From NCBI GenBank assembly GCA_963796445.1, contig CAWCLQ010000020.1, positions 55,455 to 119,454 on the forward strand: a stretch of 64,000 nucleotides of DNA, read 5' to 3'. The stretch's first letter is position 1, and each line of letters starts with the position of its first letter. The notes beneath the pieces were generated by a model that saw only the letters and a list, made by a program, of their open reading frames with translations, had not been told where the DNA came from and made no database searches. The position numbers and the translations under genes were made by a program. Below, in pieces: positions 38,203-47,984 of this stretch. The DNA comes from an uncultured Alphaproteobacteria bacterium. GTDB lineage: Bacteria; Pseudomonadota; Alphaproteobacteria; Rhodobacterales; Rhodobacteraceae.

Positions 38203-38340
38203 ATGAGCAGCAATCCAAACATCGTGCCACGGCCGGTGTCTGTTATCGAAAAAACGGTTTTCATCGGTTTATTTCTGGCGGGCCTGGCCTGTCTTTTCAC
38301 TGCGGGTATTCTCGTTCTGAGCGCGTATCTGATCGGGTAA
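38203..38340 (+). CDS. Candidate 45-aa single-TM peptide
   Basis: MSSNPNIVPRPVSVIEKTVFIGLFLAGLACLFTAGILVLSAYLIG. Same charged-head/IxE(K/R)/TM layout as the ORF at 37971. Confidence 0.3.
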   Translation: MSSNPNIVPRPVSVIEKTVFIGLFLAGLACLFTAGILVLSAYLIG

Positions 38341-38598
38341 GTCGTTGATCTTTATCTAGTTTGACGCCAGAAGGCCCTTAGTGATGCCGTCTGCGTTGTT
38401 TCGCGTGTGAAACAGGCGTTCGCTGATTTTGAAGTGGTTACGGGGCCAACTGCGGCACCAAAATCAATCTAGTGGTGCAAAACCGAACGCTGCATTTATT
38501 GTGCCTGCTGTCGTCCTTTCCAAGGCAACGTCGACTTTCAACGCATGTGATGCGAACGTGACCCCACGCACGTTCAATAGTCGACAAGGAGAAGCGCA

Positions 38599-39999
38599 AT
38601 GGGTCCAATCTGGCAGATGACAGCGAGTGAGATCGCGGCGGCAGTACGATCAAAACAGGTTTCTGCAACTGAAGTTGCCAGCGCACATCTGACACGCCTC
38701 GACGCCGTAAACCCCAAGATCAACGCTGTAGTCCAGGACTGCCGCGAGGACGCACTGCAGGCTGCCCGAAAGGTCGACGAAGCCATCGCTCGCGGTGAGG
38801 ATGCGGGCAGTTTGTGCGGTGTCCCCGTGACAATCAAGGTCAATGTGGATCAGGAGGGATATGCGACCACCAACGGCTTGCGCCTGCTCGAAAACCAGGT
38901 GGCGCAAGATGACAGCCCGGTGGTGTCGAATATTCGCAAGGCGGGGGGCGTGATTATCGGACGAACGAATACACCTGCATTCTCATTGCGATGGTTTACG
39001 AAGAACAGCCTGCATGGGCAAACACTGAACCCGCGCAACAAAGACGTAACGCCGGGTGGGTCTTCCGGCGGTGCAGCCGCAGCAGTTGCTGCGGGCATTT
39101 GTGCCTTGGGTCACGGTACCGATATCGCAGGGTCCATCCGGTTTCCTGCCTATGCGTGCGGCCTGCATGGATTGCGGCCTTCTCTTGGTCGGGTCCCCGC
39201 GTATAACTCGAGCGCTGCGGAGCGATATATCGGCGCGCAGCTTATGGCTGTTTCCGGTCCTATTGCGCGCAGCATCTCAGACATCGCAATCTCGCTGACG
39301 GCCATGGCAGCGCCCGATCCGCGCGACCCCTGGTATGTGCCGGCCCCTCTTGGGCAGCAGGACTTCCCGAAGCGGGCAGCACTTGTCGTCGCTCCGGACG
39401 GCATGCATGTGGCAGAACAGGTCCGCGCGGCTTTGATTGATGCCGCAGACAAGCTCAAAGCGGCGGGTTGGACCATTGACGAGGTAGACTGTCCGCCGCT
39501 GCGGCCTGCAGCAGAGATAAATGCGCAGCTTTGGATGGCAGAAACACTGTTCAGTGCAAAAGATCTCATGCGCCAAGAGGCAGACCCGGATGCGCAGTTT
39601 GTGTTTGCCCAGATGTTGAAAGATGTCGGAGATATCAATCTCGATAGTTTAATGAAGGCGCTGCAAGCGCGCGCCGGATTGGTCAGGGAATGGGCAGTGT
39701 TCTTGCGTGACTATCCGATTGTTATCTGCCCCGTGTCAGGGGAATTGCCCTTCGTTCAACAGTTGGATGTGCAGTCAGAGGACGCTTTCGCCAAAGTCTT
39801 TGAAGCGCAACTCACACAAAGGGCGCTGCCCGTGATCGGTGTGCCCTGTCTTTCAGTTGCCACAGGCGAAATACATGGCCAGCCTGTTGGCGTTCAGTTG
39901 ATTGCTCCGGATTATCGCGAAGATATACTCTTGGCTGCGGGCTTAGATCTGGAAGCCGCGGGGGAGCCCATCCGGGTCGCGGAACCGAGTTGGGACTGA
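38599..39999 (+). CDS. Amidase (amidase-signature family)
   Basis: GVPVTIKVN, GGSSGGAAAAVAAG, GTDIAGSIRFPA. 466 aa. Confidence 0.9.
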   Translation: MGPIWQMTASEIAAAVRSKQVSATEVASAHLTRLDAVNPKINAVVQDCREDALQAARKVDEAIARGEDAGSLCGVPVTIKVNVDQEGYATTNGLRLLENQVAQDDSPVVSNIRKAGGVIIGRTNTPAFSLRWFTKNSLHGQTLNPRNKDVTPGGSSGGAAAAVAAGICALGHGTDIAGSIRFPAYACGLHGLRPSLGRVPAYNSSAAERYIGAQLMAVSGPIARSISDIAISLTAMAAPDPRDPWYVPAPLGQQDFPKRAALVVAPDGMHVAEQVRAALIDAADKLKAAGWTIDEVDCPPLRPAAEINAQLWMAETLFSAKDLMRQEADPDAQFVFAQMLKDVGDINLDSLMKALQARAGLVREWAVFLRDYPIVICPVSGELPFVQQLDVQSEDAFAKVFEAQLTQRALPVIGVPCLSVATGEIHGQPVGVQLIAPDYREDILLAAGLDLEAAGEPIRVAEPSWD

Positions 40000-40318
40000 C
40001 GGCAGTGCTTTGCTACTTATGACCCAAGCATGCCCATGAAGCGTGGGGATGGTTGATACGGGTTCAAAACAGGCTTTATGTCGTTCCTATGAGAAAAACT
40101 TGGTCGGGGCCAAGCTGTTGTGTGCGATGCGCTTGATATACAATTATTATAGATTTGATATAAAATATTTCCGTGCAAGAGTGTTGAAACAGGGCCGCAG
40201 ATGTAACGGGTCGGTGTTTTTAGATTTGCATTATTGATCAACTGGCCTGCAGCGGGTTCGGCTCAGGATACGCAGGTGTTCGCTGGGGCTGATTATTTTT
40301 TCCCGCGAATTACTGACG

Positions 40319-41364
40319 ATGGGAGAATTTGCGCAAGAGTATAGGCGTGGTGCGGTCTCTGCGGGAGCAGTCGGCCGCATGTCAAACTTTGAATACTCAC
40401 TGTCTCTGACGGCTACGGACGATGATCGAGATGAGCAAGAACTGCGGCTTGACCACAGCAAGATCGAGTTTTCAGCGGCTGGGTGGCAACTAGGATTTGG
40501 GCAGGTGGCACGACGCTGTCGGCCATCCCGGCATACCTCTCTTATTCTCGGTATCAATGCCCACCCGCTACCTTCGCTCTATGGCGCGTTGGAGCATGAG
40601 AAGAAATCCCAGAACACTTGGTTGTCTTGGCTGGGGCCATGGCGCCTCGATACGTTTCTAGGCGATATGGGGGGCGCACGCGACGTCAACAATCCGCTTT
40701 TATTTGGCGCGCGGTTCGAAGCCTCCCCCACCGTGAACCTCAGTATCGGTTTGAACTTTACAGGCCAGTTCGGGGGCGAGGGGTATGAAAATGGATTTGG
40801 TGCATTTTGGGATATGCTGTTTGAAGTCAGCTATGACTTGCCCGAGGGTTTATGCCTATGCGATTTTACATAAAGGCCATCGCAGAGGACGAAGCGGGCA
40901 ACCTGCCCAGCAGCTGGATGTATATGGCGGGCGTCGCGTTTGATGGTGAAGTAGGTGTGTTGCCATTGCCTCTGGCAGCGGAGTTTGTTGAACCGGGTAT
41001 ATCTGGCTGTGTGGATTGTGCGTATAAAAACGGCGCATATCCTTCCTGCTATACCTACAGGGGGCGGACGCTGGAGGCCGCATTCGATACAGCCGGACAA
41101 GCGCTGCAAGTTCACGGGGCACTGCAACCGCGCGAGATGGAAGTTCTGTGCACCGGTCGTTTGTACGATGTAAACCGGACATCAGTCTCCGATCACAGTC
41201 TGTCGAGCGTGAATGTCGAAGGCGTGCTATTTGCTGTTACAGAAAATCACCAGGTAAGAGGCGCAGAGGTGCATTTGGGTTTGAACTGTCAAAGCTTTGA
41301 TCTGGATCGAGCCGGAATAGACGGCGGTTTGGAGCTTCACTTGAGGTTTAGTAGCCGGTTCTGA
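40319..41364 (+). pseudogene. Capsule-assembly Wzi-like outer-membrane protein remnant (frameshifted, N-terminus missing or degenerate)
   Basis: SLILGINAHPLPSL, GPWRLDTFLG, NPLLFGARFEASP in ORF 40319-40873. YPSCYTYRGRTLEAAFD and the terminal ...RF in ORF 40852-41364. Family call is by eye. Confidence 0.4.
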
Positions 41365-41398
41365 TGCCTGCGGCCCCCATGCCAATTCGATGCAACAC

Positions 41399-42082
41399 TC
41401 AGTCGCGTGCGTTGTCTTCAATGACTTCTACAATTTTCCGACCAATCAAGGCTGATCCCTCGACCGATGGATGGGTTTTGTCACGGTCCAAAAGCGCGGG
41501 CTTAAGCGGATTAAAAAAGGTCTCGGCGTCCAGAAAAAAGACGCGGTCGTCTGATCCGGCAAGCCATGCAATTCGCCGCTCGATCTCAACCAGACCGGGG
41601 CGACATCCTTCGAAGGATGTTGTTTCGGGCGCCCGATAGTATCCAAGCCAAAGGACTTGAGCATTCTGCGCAAGGGCTTGTGTAATTAAATCAGGGATAT
41701 AGCCTGTCTGACCATCTCCGGAAATTAAAGTGTCGATTGCATCGTCGCAATTCGTGCATCCACAGGTAAACCCAAGATCATTTGCCCCGCCATTTGCCAC
41801 GACCCAGTTCCAACGCCCCGGCGGTAGTTGGGCAGGGATGCTGAGGCCGAGAAGCCTGGCAAAGCTATTCGCGCGGATTTGTGCGCCAAAGGCGGCACGG
41901 TTAAGAACGGGTCTGTTGAGTTTGGCGCCGATCACGCTGCCAACATCTCTGCCCTCTGCTCGATTCCACGCCATGACTAAATCGCCGATGACCAGTATGT
42001 CATCTTGTTGCGAGGGTATGTGCACACAACCCGCGACCAGTGAGACAAAAAGGGCGACGATAAAGGCGATAAAGACGCGCAT
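41399..42082 (-). CDS. SGNH/GDSL-fold lipoprotein with block-I Ser replaced by Leu
   Basis: Lipobox LVAGC. Block I ILVIGDLVMAW (expected GDS), block III GGANDLG, block V DKTHPS. Confidence 0.7.
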   Translation of the reverse strand: MRVFIAFIVALFVSLVAGCVHIPSQQDDILVIGDLVMAWNRAEGRDVGSVIGAKLNRPVLNRAAFGAQIRANSFARLLGLSIPAQLPPGRWNWVVANGGANDLGFTCGCTNCDDAIDTLISGDGQTGYIPDLITQALAQNAQVLWLGYYRAPETTSFEGCRPGLVEIERRIAWLAGSDDRVFFLDAETFFNPLKPALLDRDKTHPSVEGSALIGRKIVEVIEDNARD

Positions 42083-42257
42083 GGTGGCTCTCAGGTTGTA
42101 CCAGATGCGGGGTTTTGATGAACACCACATATAGCCGCCCCTCAGAGATCGTCAGCCCCGCCGCAGCAGCTGTCTTGGTATTGCGATATTTGCTGTCTGG
42201 GGAAACAGAATGACCAAAGGCAATTTCTTTTCCGTCTCAAAGGCGTTGAATTGCTGT

Positions 42258-42497
42258 TTATTGACCAGCTTTGGTCACCGCCTGTTTTTTTGCGCTGCGG
42301 CGTGTTGGTGACTTTGTTTCTATTGGTGTGTGTGCATCTCTCTCAAGACGCGCTTTGCGCAAACGCGCCATTTTGACCTGTCGCTGTTCCGCTTCGCCAT
42401 CAGAGATTTCACGCACGATCCGCGTCGTCTTGTCCATGGCCGTCTCGGCAACTGGTTTTGAGAATTTGAAAAGGGAGTCTTCGGTAGGTTTTGGCAT
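42258..42497 (-). CDS. Small basic hypothetical protein (79 aa)
   Basis: Strong Shine-Dalgarno (AAGGAGGA) 7 nt upstream of the ATG. Lys/Arg-rich. Confidence 0.5.
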   Translation of the reverse strand: MPKPTEDSLFKFSKPVAETAMDKTTRIVREISDGEAEQRQVKMARLRKARLERDAHTPIETKSPTRRSAKKQAVTKAGQ

Positions 42498-42638
42498 GGG
42501 GTATCCTCCTTGAGGGAATCGTCATTTCGATGATTTCGCAGGTGCACCGGAAACTGCCGTTTCGCGCAGGCTGTCTTACCAGGTCCTTGTCAAAGACCTG
42601 CGTTATTCGATGACCAACACTTGCGCAGTGCTTACACT

Positions 42639-42671
42639 AAAAAACGGGCGTCTCGTAACCGATCCGCCCGT
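42639..42671 (-). terminator. Rho-independent terminator of cspA copy 1
   Basis: On the minus strand: ACGGGCG-N14-CGCCCGT followed by TTTTTT. Homologous to the hairpin after cspA copy 2. Confidence 0.7.
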
Positions 42672-42712
42672 TCAAATCATCTATTCCACACCCTTAAAAC
42701 AGGGTGGGTAGC

Positions 42713-42919
42713 TTAAGCCAACGCGATGTTGGCAGCACTTTCGCGGCCATCACGGCCAGCTTCAATGTCAAAAGTGACTTTTTGATCGTCCGCAAGGCCG
42801 GTCAGGCCCGCACGCTCAACGGCAGAGATATGTACAAACACATCTTTGCTGCCGCCATCGGGCGCAATAAATCCAAAACCTTTAGTCGAGTTAAACCATT
42901 TGACGGTGCCAGTAGCCAT
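42713..42919 (-). CDS. cspA: Cold-shock protein, CspA family
   Basis: [34 protein letters not shown] with the RNP1/RNP2 motifs. 68 aa. Confidence 0.95.
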   Translation of the reverse strand: MATGTVKWFNSTKGFGFIAPDGGSKDVFVHISAVERAGLTGLADDQKVTFDIEAGRDGRESAANIALA

Positions 42920-43026
42920 CGTCGTTCTCCTTTTTTTAAATGCCCGCAGGATGCGGCATATCGGCTAGGTCAGTACAAGATCGAAAGACTGAGCCGTAAG
43001 GAGCAGTGAGGTCGATAGAGGTAACG
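42920..43026 (-). promoter_or_regulatory. Conserved ~105-nt cspA 5' leader (copy 1)
   Basis: CGTTACCTCTATCGA...CTCAGT...CGATCT...ACTGAC.TAGCCGA..TGCCGCAT...AAAGGAGAAC.ACGATG is shared with 51605-51707. Confidence 0.55.
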
Positions 43027-43316
43027 TCGCGCTATACACATGGCGCTTATAGCGGGTAATTGCAAGTACCCTTCTATTAAAGAACTTCTTTGCCGTGTCG
43101 CGTCTTCTGGTAAACCAGCATGAAAAAGCTAACGGTTTTGGATCACTAGCCCTTATTAAGGCGTGAATATCCAACGCTGACCGTAGCTGCCGCTTAGCAT
43201 TTCGATCTTAAAGTCGGCCTCTAAAGCATGCTTTCCAAGCAGATTGGCTTTGCATGTTCTGACCCCCCTTAAAAACAAGGCTGGCTAAACCCTGGCAATT
43301 CGTCCATTGTCGATCG

Positions 43317-43565
43317 ATGTTGGAAAAGCTTAGCGTTTCAATTGATAAAGTTCGGATCCCTGCCAAACGCGCGCGGACGCTGGACGAAACGAAGCTTGAG
43401 CGTATTGCCGAAGATATGATTGAGACAGGCCAAAAAACGCCAATCCAGGTGCGGATTGATGGCGATGGCTACATTCTCATTGAGGGCCTGCACAGGCTTG
43501 AAGCTCTTCGAGCGCTTGGAGAGACGAATGTCGAAGCTTACATCGTCCAAGCACGCATGCACTAA
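43317..43565 (+). CDS. Stand-alone ParB/Srx N-terminal-domain protein (82 aa)
   Basis: KTPIQVRIDGDGYILIEGLHRLEALRALG matches the ParB N-terminal core. Confidence 0.65.
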   Translation: MLEKLSVSIDKVRIPAKRARTLDETKLERIAEDMIETGQKTPIQVRIDGDGYILIEGLHRLEALRALGETNVEAYIVQARMH

Positions 43566-43645
43566 TTGACCGCAGCACAGTTGCTCTGCTGAAAGTGTCA
43601 TCGGTAAGACGGATATTTTTGCTTGCCTCTCGCGGGCTCCTCGCG

Positions 43646-43681
43646 AAAAAAAGGCACCGGTGCAAACATGCACCCGATGCC
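43646..43681 (-). terminator. Rho-independent terminator after small ORF copy 1
   Basis: On the minus strand: GGCATCGGGTGCA-TGTT-TGCACCGGTGCC followed by TTTTTTT. Confidence 0.7.
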
Positions 43682-43710
43682 TTCCGGTCTTGCGAGGTTT
43701 TGGTCGTGCT

Positions 43711-43812
43711 TTAGTGGTATCCGTTCACGCGTGTCTGGATAGAGTGGCACAGCGCGATGGATTTCACGACTTCTACACTGATTTTGCGGATTGTTTTGAT
43801 ACTATAAAGCAT
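43711..43812 (-). CDS. Conserved 33-aa ORF (copy 1), not in the ORF track
   Basis: MLYSIKTIRKISVEVVKSIALCHSIQTRVNGYH. AGGAGG lies 9 nt upstream of the ATG and a terminator lies downstream. The paralog is at 48896-48997. Confidence 0.55.
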   Translation of the reverse strand: MLYSIKTIRKISVEVVKSIALCHSIQTRVNGYH

Positions 43813-43973
43813 GTTTCTCATCCTCCTTATGCCAACGACACTACCCTGTGCTGCGCCGGCTGACTGTGAAGAAGGTTACACTCTTGAAACTTTTTTGAAA
43901 CTTTTCCGGACCTGTGAGCGATGTGCGCAAGCTCGGCTTCAATCCGCACTCATGGTGTGCGGTGACCGCATCT

Positions 43974-44933
43974 TCAAGCGGACCGCAGTGCGTTCTCTTC
44001 CTGCTTCAAAAACCAGTCATAAGTCTGTTGTATCCCGTCTGTGAGCGGTGTTTTGGCGGTCCATCCCATGCGGGCGAGGCGGCTGATGTCCATGAGTTTG
44101 CGCGGGGTGCCATCGGGTTTGCTGGCGTCAAAGGTCAGTCGGCCCTTGAAGCCTGTGACCTCGGCAATCGTTTCTGCCAGTTCGCGGATGGTGACGTCGG
44201 TGCCAGAGCCCACGTTGATGTGGCTGAGCATCGGGTCGGTTTCACGGTCGTAGGTTGCTTTGTCGAGGTTCAGGACGAACAACGACGCTTCCGCCATGTC
44301 ATCCACATGCAAAAATTCCCGCATCGGCGTGCCGGAGCCCCAGACGGTGACCTCTTGGGTGCCCGCTTGAGCGGCCTCGTGGAAGCGGCGCATCAGCGCG
44401 GGCAACACATGGCTGTTTTCGGGGTGGAAGTTGTCACCGGGCCCATACAGGTTCGTCGGCATGACCGATCGGTAATCAACATCATACTGCCGGTTATAGC
44501 TTTCGCACAGCTTGATGCCGGCGATCTTGGCGATGGCGTAGGGCTCGTTGGTCGGCTCCAGCGTGCCGGTCAGCAGCGCGTCTTCGCGCATCGGCTGCGC
44601 GGCCAGCTTGGGGTAAATGCAAGACGAGCCAAGAAAGAGAAGCCGTTGAACTCCTGCCTCAAAGGCCTGATGAATGACATTGGCCTGCATCATCAGGTTC
44701 TCGTAGATGAACGCGGCGGGGTAGGTGTTATTGGCATGAATGCCACCGACTTTTGCGGCCGCCAGAATAACCGTGTCGGGCCTTTTCGCTTGCATGAAGT
44801 CACGCACCGCAGACTGGTCCGTCAGGTCGAGTTCTGCATGCGTTCGGGTGACCGTCGGCACACCTGCTTTTTGGAGCCTGCGCAGAATGGCGCCCCCGAC
44901 CATGCCGCGATGCCCAGCTACATATGTGGTCAT
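43974..44933 (-). CDS. fcl: GDP-L-fucose synthase
   Basis: [15 protein letters not shown] Rossmann motif, [14 protein letters not shown], and conserved family length (319 aa). Directly downstream of gmd. Confidence 0.9.
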   Translation of the reverse strand: MTTYVAGHRGMVGGAILRRLQKAGVPTVTRTHAELDLTDQSAVRDFMQAKRPDTVILAAAKVGGIHANNTYPAAFIYENLMMQANVIHQAFEAGVQRLLFLGSSCIYPKLAAQPMREDALLTGTLEPTNEPYAIAKIAGIKLCESYNRQYDVDYRSVMPTNLYGPGDNFHPENSHVLPALMRRFHEAAQAGTQEVTVWGSGTPMREFLHVDDMAEASLFVLNLDKATYDRETDPMLSHINVGSGTDVTIRELAETIAEVTGFKGRLTFDASKPDGTPRKLMDISRLARMGWTAKTPLTDGIQQTYDWFLKQEENALRSA

Positions 44934-44940
44934 CGCGCGC

Positions 44941-46062
44941 TTAACCTTCCAGAGACACGGGCAGATCTAACCCGTGTTCTTTCAAAAGTGCGTAGCGTTT
45001 GGCTGATTTGAGGTCTTCCTCGACCATTTCGGCGCACATCTCGCGCGCGGTGATCTCAGGCTCCCAGCCAAGCCTGCTTTTGGCCTTGGCGGGATCACCG
45101 AGCAGTGTTTCAACCTCGGCGGGTCGGAAGTAGCGCGGATCGATGCGCATAATGACATCGCCGGATTTGACCGCAGGGGCGCTGTCGCCGGTTACAGTTT
45201 CCGCGATGGCTTTCTCGTCCACGCCGCGGCCTTCGAACCTCAGCGTAATCCCGAGATCACTGGCCGCCCAGGTGATAAACTCCCGCACCGAGTATTGCTT
45301 GCCCGTTGCGATGACAAAGTCCTCGGCCACGTCCTGCTGCAGCATCATCCACTGCATCCGCACGTAGTCTTTGGCATGGCCCCAGTCGCGCAGCGCGTCG
45401 ATGTTGCCCATATAAAGGCAGTCTTCCAAGCCTTGCGCGATATGCGCCAGACCGCGGGTGACTTTGCGGGTCACAAAGGTTTCGCCACGCCGCGGGCTTT
45501 CGTGGTTAAAGAGAATACCGTTGCAGGCATACATCCCATAGGCCTCGCGGTAGTTCACCGTGATCCAATAGGCGTACATCTTGGCGACCGCATAGGGGCT
45601 GCGCGGATGGAAGGGTGTGGTCTCGGTCTGCGGGGTTTCCTGCACCAGCCCGTAAAGCTCGGAGGTGGAGGCTTGATAGAAGCGCGTGGTCTTTTCCAAC
45701 CCCAGAAAGCGGATTGCCTCCAGCAGCCGCAACGTGCCTGTCGCATCCACATCTGCGGTGTATTCAGGGGCTTCAAAACTGACAGCGACGTGGGACTGTG
45801 CGCCGAGGTTATAGACCTCATCCGGACGGACTTCGGACAGAATACGCGTCAGGTTCGAGCTGTCCGTGAGATCTCCGTAGTGCAGCTTTAGCCGTCGGTT
45901 GCTTTCATGCGGGTCCTCGTAAATGTGGTCGATCCGCTGGGTGTTAAAAAGCGACGCGCGGCGTTTGATGCCATGTACGTGGTATCCCTTTTCCAGCAAA
46001 AACTCCGCCAGATAAGAGCCGTCCTGACCCGTGATGCCGGTGATAAGCGCCGTCTTCGTCAT
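44941..46062 (-). CDS. gmd: GDP-mannose 4,6-dehydratase
   Basis: [52 protein letters not shown]. Confidence 0.95.
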   Translation of the reverse strand: MTKTALITGITGQDGSYLAEFLLEKGYHVHGIKRRASLFNTQRIDHIYEDPHESNRRLKLHYGDLTDSSNLTRILSEVRPDEVYNLGAQSHVAVSFEAPEYTADVDATGTLRLLEAIRFLGLEKTTRFYQASTSELYGLVQETPQTETTPFHPRSPYAVAKMYAYWITVNYREAYGMYACNGILFNHESPRRGETFVTRKVTRGLAHIAQGLEDCLYMGNIDALRDWGHAKDYVRMQWMMLQQDVAEDFVIATGKQYSVREFITWAASDLGITLRFEGRGVDEKAIAETVTGDSAPAVKSGDVIMRIDPRYFRPAEVETLLGDPAKAKSRLGWEPEITAREMCAEMVEEDLKSAKRYALLKEHGLDLPVSLEG

Positions 46063-46820
46063 TTAATGTCTCGTTTCTTCAATCTGAATTGCTTGAGTTT
46101 GCTGAAATTTTTTTGCGCCAAGGCACCGATGCCACCGACGTTGTTGCGTCTCAGCGCACGATAGTCCTCTCGGCTTTTCTGCACAATCCTTCCCAGTGAA
46201 CGGTTGCTTTCACCACCCACCCGCATCTTGACCATCACCTCGGGGATATAGGCAGGCCGCAGGTTATGCGTCCACAGCCAGCGCAGCATTGCGTCATAGT
46301 CCGCGGCGATCTGGAACGAAGTGTCATAGGCACCGTGTTGCTCCAGAAGCGACCGGCGGATGTAGAAGGTCGGGTGCGGTGGCATCCATCCCCGGGGGAG
46401 CAGGTCGCGCGTATAAGCGCCAGATGTCCAATGCCGGATCACCCGTGTGGTATCATCAGCCGCGACATACTGTAGATCGCCGTAAACGCAATCAATGTCA
46501 GGATTGGCGAAAGCGTCTGCGACCTGTTCAAGAACGCCGTCATGCGCAAACATATCGTCCGAGTGCATGAGGCCAACGACGTCCCCTGTCGCGCGGGCTT
46601 TGCCGCGGTTTATCGCGTCATAAATGCCGCCGTCGCGTTCACTCAGCAGCGTCATGCGCGGATCCTCATGACGCTCAAGAATGTCGAGCGTTCCATCCGT
46701 CGAGCCGCCGTCCTGCAGCACATGTTCGATATCTTGGTAGCTTTGTGACTGCACCGACGCCAAGGCCTCGCCCACGGTGGTGGCACGATTGTAGACGGCT
46801 GTGACAACGGATATTTTCAT
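46059..46820 (-). CDS. Family-2 glycosyltransferase
   Basis: [19 protein letters not shown]..., [13 protein letters not shown] (DxD-like). 4-nt overlap with gmd. Confidence 0.8.
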   Translation of the reverse strand: MKISVVTAVYNRATTVGEALASVQSQSYQDIEHVLQDGGSTDGTLDILERHEDPRMTLLSERDGGIYDAINRGKARATGDVVGLMHSDDMFAHDGVLEQVADAFANPDIDCVYGDLQYVAADDTTRVIRHWTSGAYTRDLLPRGWMPPHPTFYIRRSLLEQHGAYDTSFQIAADYDAMLRWLWTHNLRPAYIPEVMVKMRVGGESNRSLGRIVQKSREDYRALRRNNVGGIGALAQKNFSKLKQFRLKKRDIK

Positions 46821-47280
46821 ATAGGTAAAGCAATTTTTTTGCGGTTATGCAGTCTGCAGGGGCCTGCGTTAATTGAAGCTATGCTTTTGGGGCGGAAGGT
46901 GTGACGGTAAAATTATCTCTATGCGGTTTTGTAGATGCAACACGATAGCAGGAAAAACAAGATCCAACGACGTTCTACGGCATTGGCACCACGAATGATA
47001 CGTCTGGAACATGTTGCGTTTGATGCTTCAAGCACAAACTCACGCCGCACCGTGTCCGCGTAAGAGCTGCTTTGTGCTGCCTATGGATGGTGCGATGATC
47101 ATGCTGGCCCTCGAAATAGTCGGCCAATATTTCTGGATGGCATGCGGAAATGGCACAGCACTGTGTTTGGTCCAGGACATCTGTCTAAGCGGACCCTTGC
47201 GACGAACGCTCCCGTGATAGCTGCGCAGGTGTTTCGGAAACGGGAAAACAGGAGCAGCGGTAAAAGGGGCAGGTCTTGCG

Positions 47281-47410
47281 TTATCGGGCATTTGCAGGGG
47301 GAGACGTCTTGAGCAGAGAAAAATAGACGTCAAAATATTAATATAAATCAATAAATTAGATGTAATTTTTAAGTAAATTATTCAACCAATAGTAGAAATT
47401 GGGTTCGTTT
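47281..47410. repeat. Conserved AT-rich tail of the duplicated module (copy 1)
   Basis: TTATCGGGC.TTTGC.GGGG...GTCTTGAG.AGAGAAAAATAGACGTCAAAA.ATTAAT...ATCAAT...TTATTCAACC...GAA.TTGGGTTCGTTT is shared with 52728-52851. Confidence 0.8.
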
Positions 47411-47984
47411 CGTGTTTTTGATATTTTCTCTTCAGAAATCCAGATCCGCAGCGCTTTTCTGCGGCGCGCGTCGGCCTCGCGACGGTATCGCGCAAGATGC
47501 TTCAACTTTGCGCGTCGTGCTGCAGGTCGGTTTGGAGCGGCTTTTTTCAATATCTTTAACGTTTCTATCATCTCCGGGTCCGTCTTGCGCGTCAGCAGAA
47601 AGTTGATCGTGTCGACATCATCGAGATCAAGTTCAGCCATCACCTCCACGAATTCTTGTACCGTGCCCTTTTTGCGCAGCGTTCTGACACTCTCCTCAAA
47701 AATATACTCCCGTTCGGCCTGCGCGGCACGGTGTAGACTGGCTTCCGCTTCAGCGAGAGCAAGAGCCGCCCGCGTTTGCGCGTCCGTTGCACTCGGGTCA
47801 GGCCGGCGTCTGCGTCCTCGACAATGATCCTGTAGAACCTCGTCACTTGCGTCCAGTCCGGCAGCCCGTTCAGGCCATGCGTGACAGCATTCTGCGCCGC
47901 CTTGGCCTTGCCCGCGGCCGATTTTGGCCCGGTGCTTTTTTGCGCGTTGGCCTTATTGGCGGCTGCCTGCTTCCTGGTGGTCAT
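47356..47984 (-). pseudogene. Frameshifted paralog of the 52860-53408 gene (ANKANAQKSTGP...HGL N-terminal motif family)
   Basis: N-terminus MTTRKQAAANKANAQKSTGPKSAAGKAKAAQNAVTHGL (ORF 47640-47984). C-terminus ...KHLARYRREADARRRKALRIW (ORF 47356-47649) aligns with the C-terminus of the intact copy. Confidence 0.55.

Larger units (their letters stand above)
43646..43882. repeat. ~237-bp repeat, copy 1 (small ORF + terminator + upstream region)
   Basis: Aligns along its whole length with 48832-49067, with scattered substitutions. Confidence 0.85.

Noticed and set aside
38001-38300. 99-aa minus ORF from the ORF track
   Set aside because: The composition is not protein-like apart from one hydrophobic stretch. 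The two plus-strand mini-ORFs with a related layout explain the open frames at least as well. Neither option is strongly supported.
38345-38358. FNR-like sequence TTGATCTTTATCTA
   Set aside because: Its mismatch falls in the core of the second half-site, and it lies downstream of the mini-ORFs and ~240 nt from the amidase start. This is too weak to call.
43914-45011. 365-aa plus-strand ORF overlapping fcl/gmd
   Set aside because: It is antisense to two strongly supported genes (gmd, fcl). The product is Arg/Gly/Val-rich shadow-frame sequence typical of GC-rich antisense frames.
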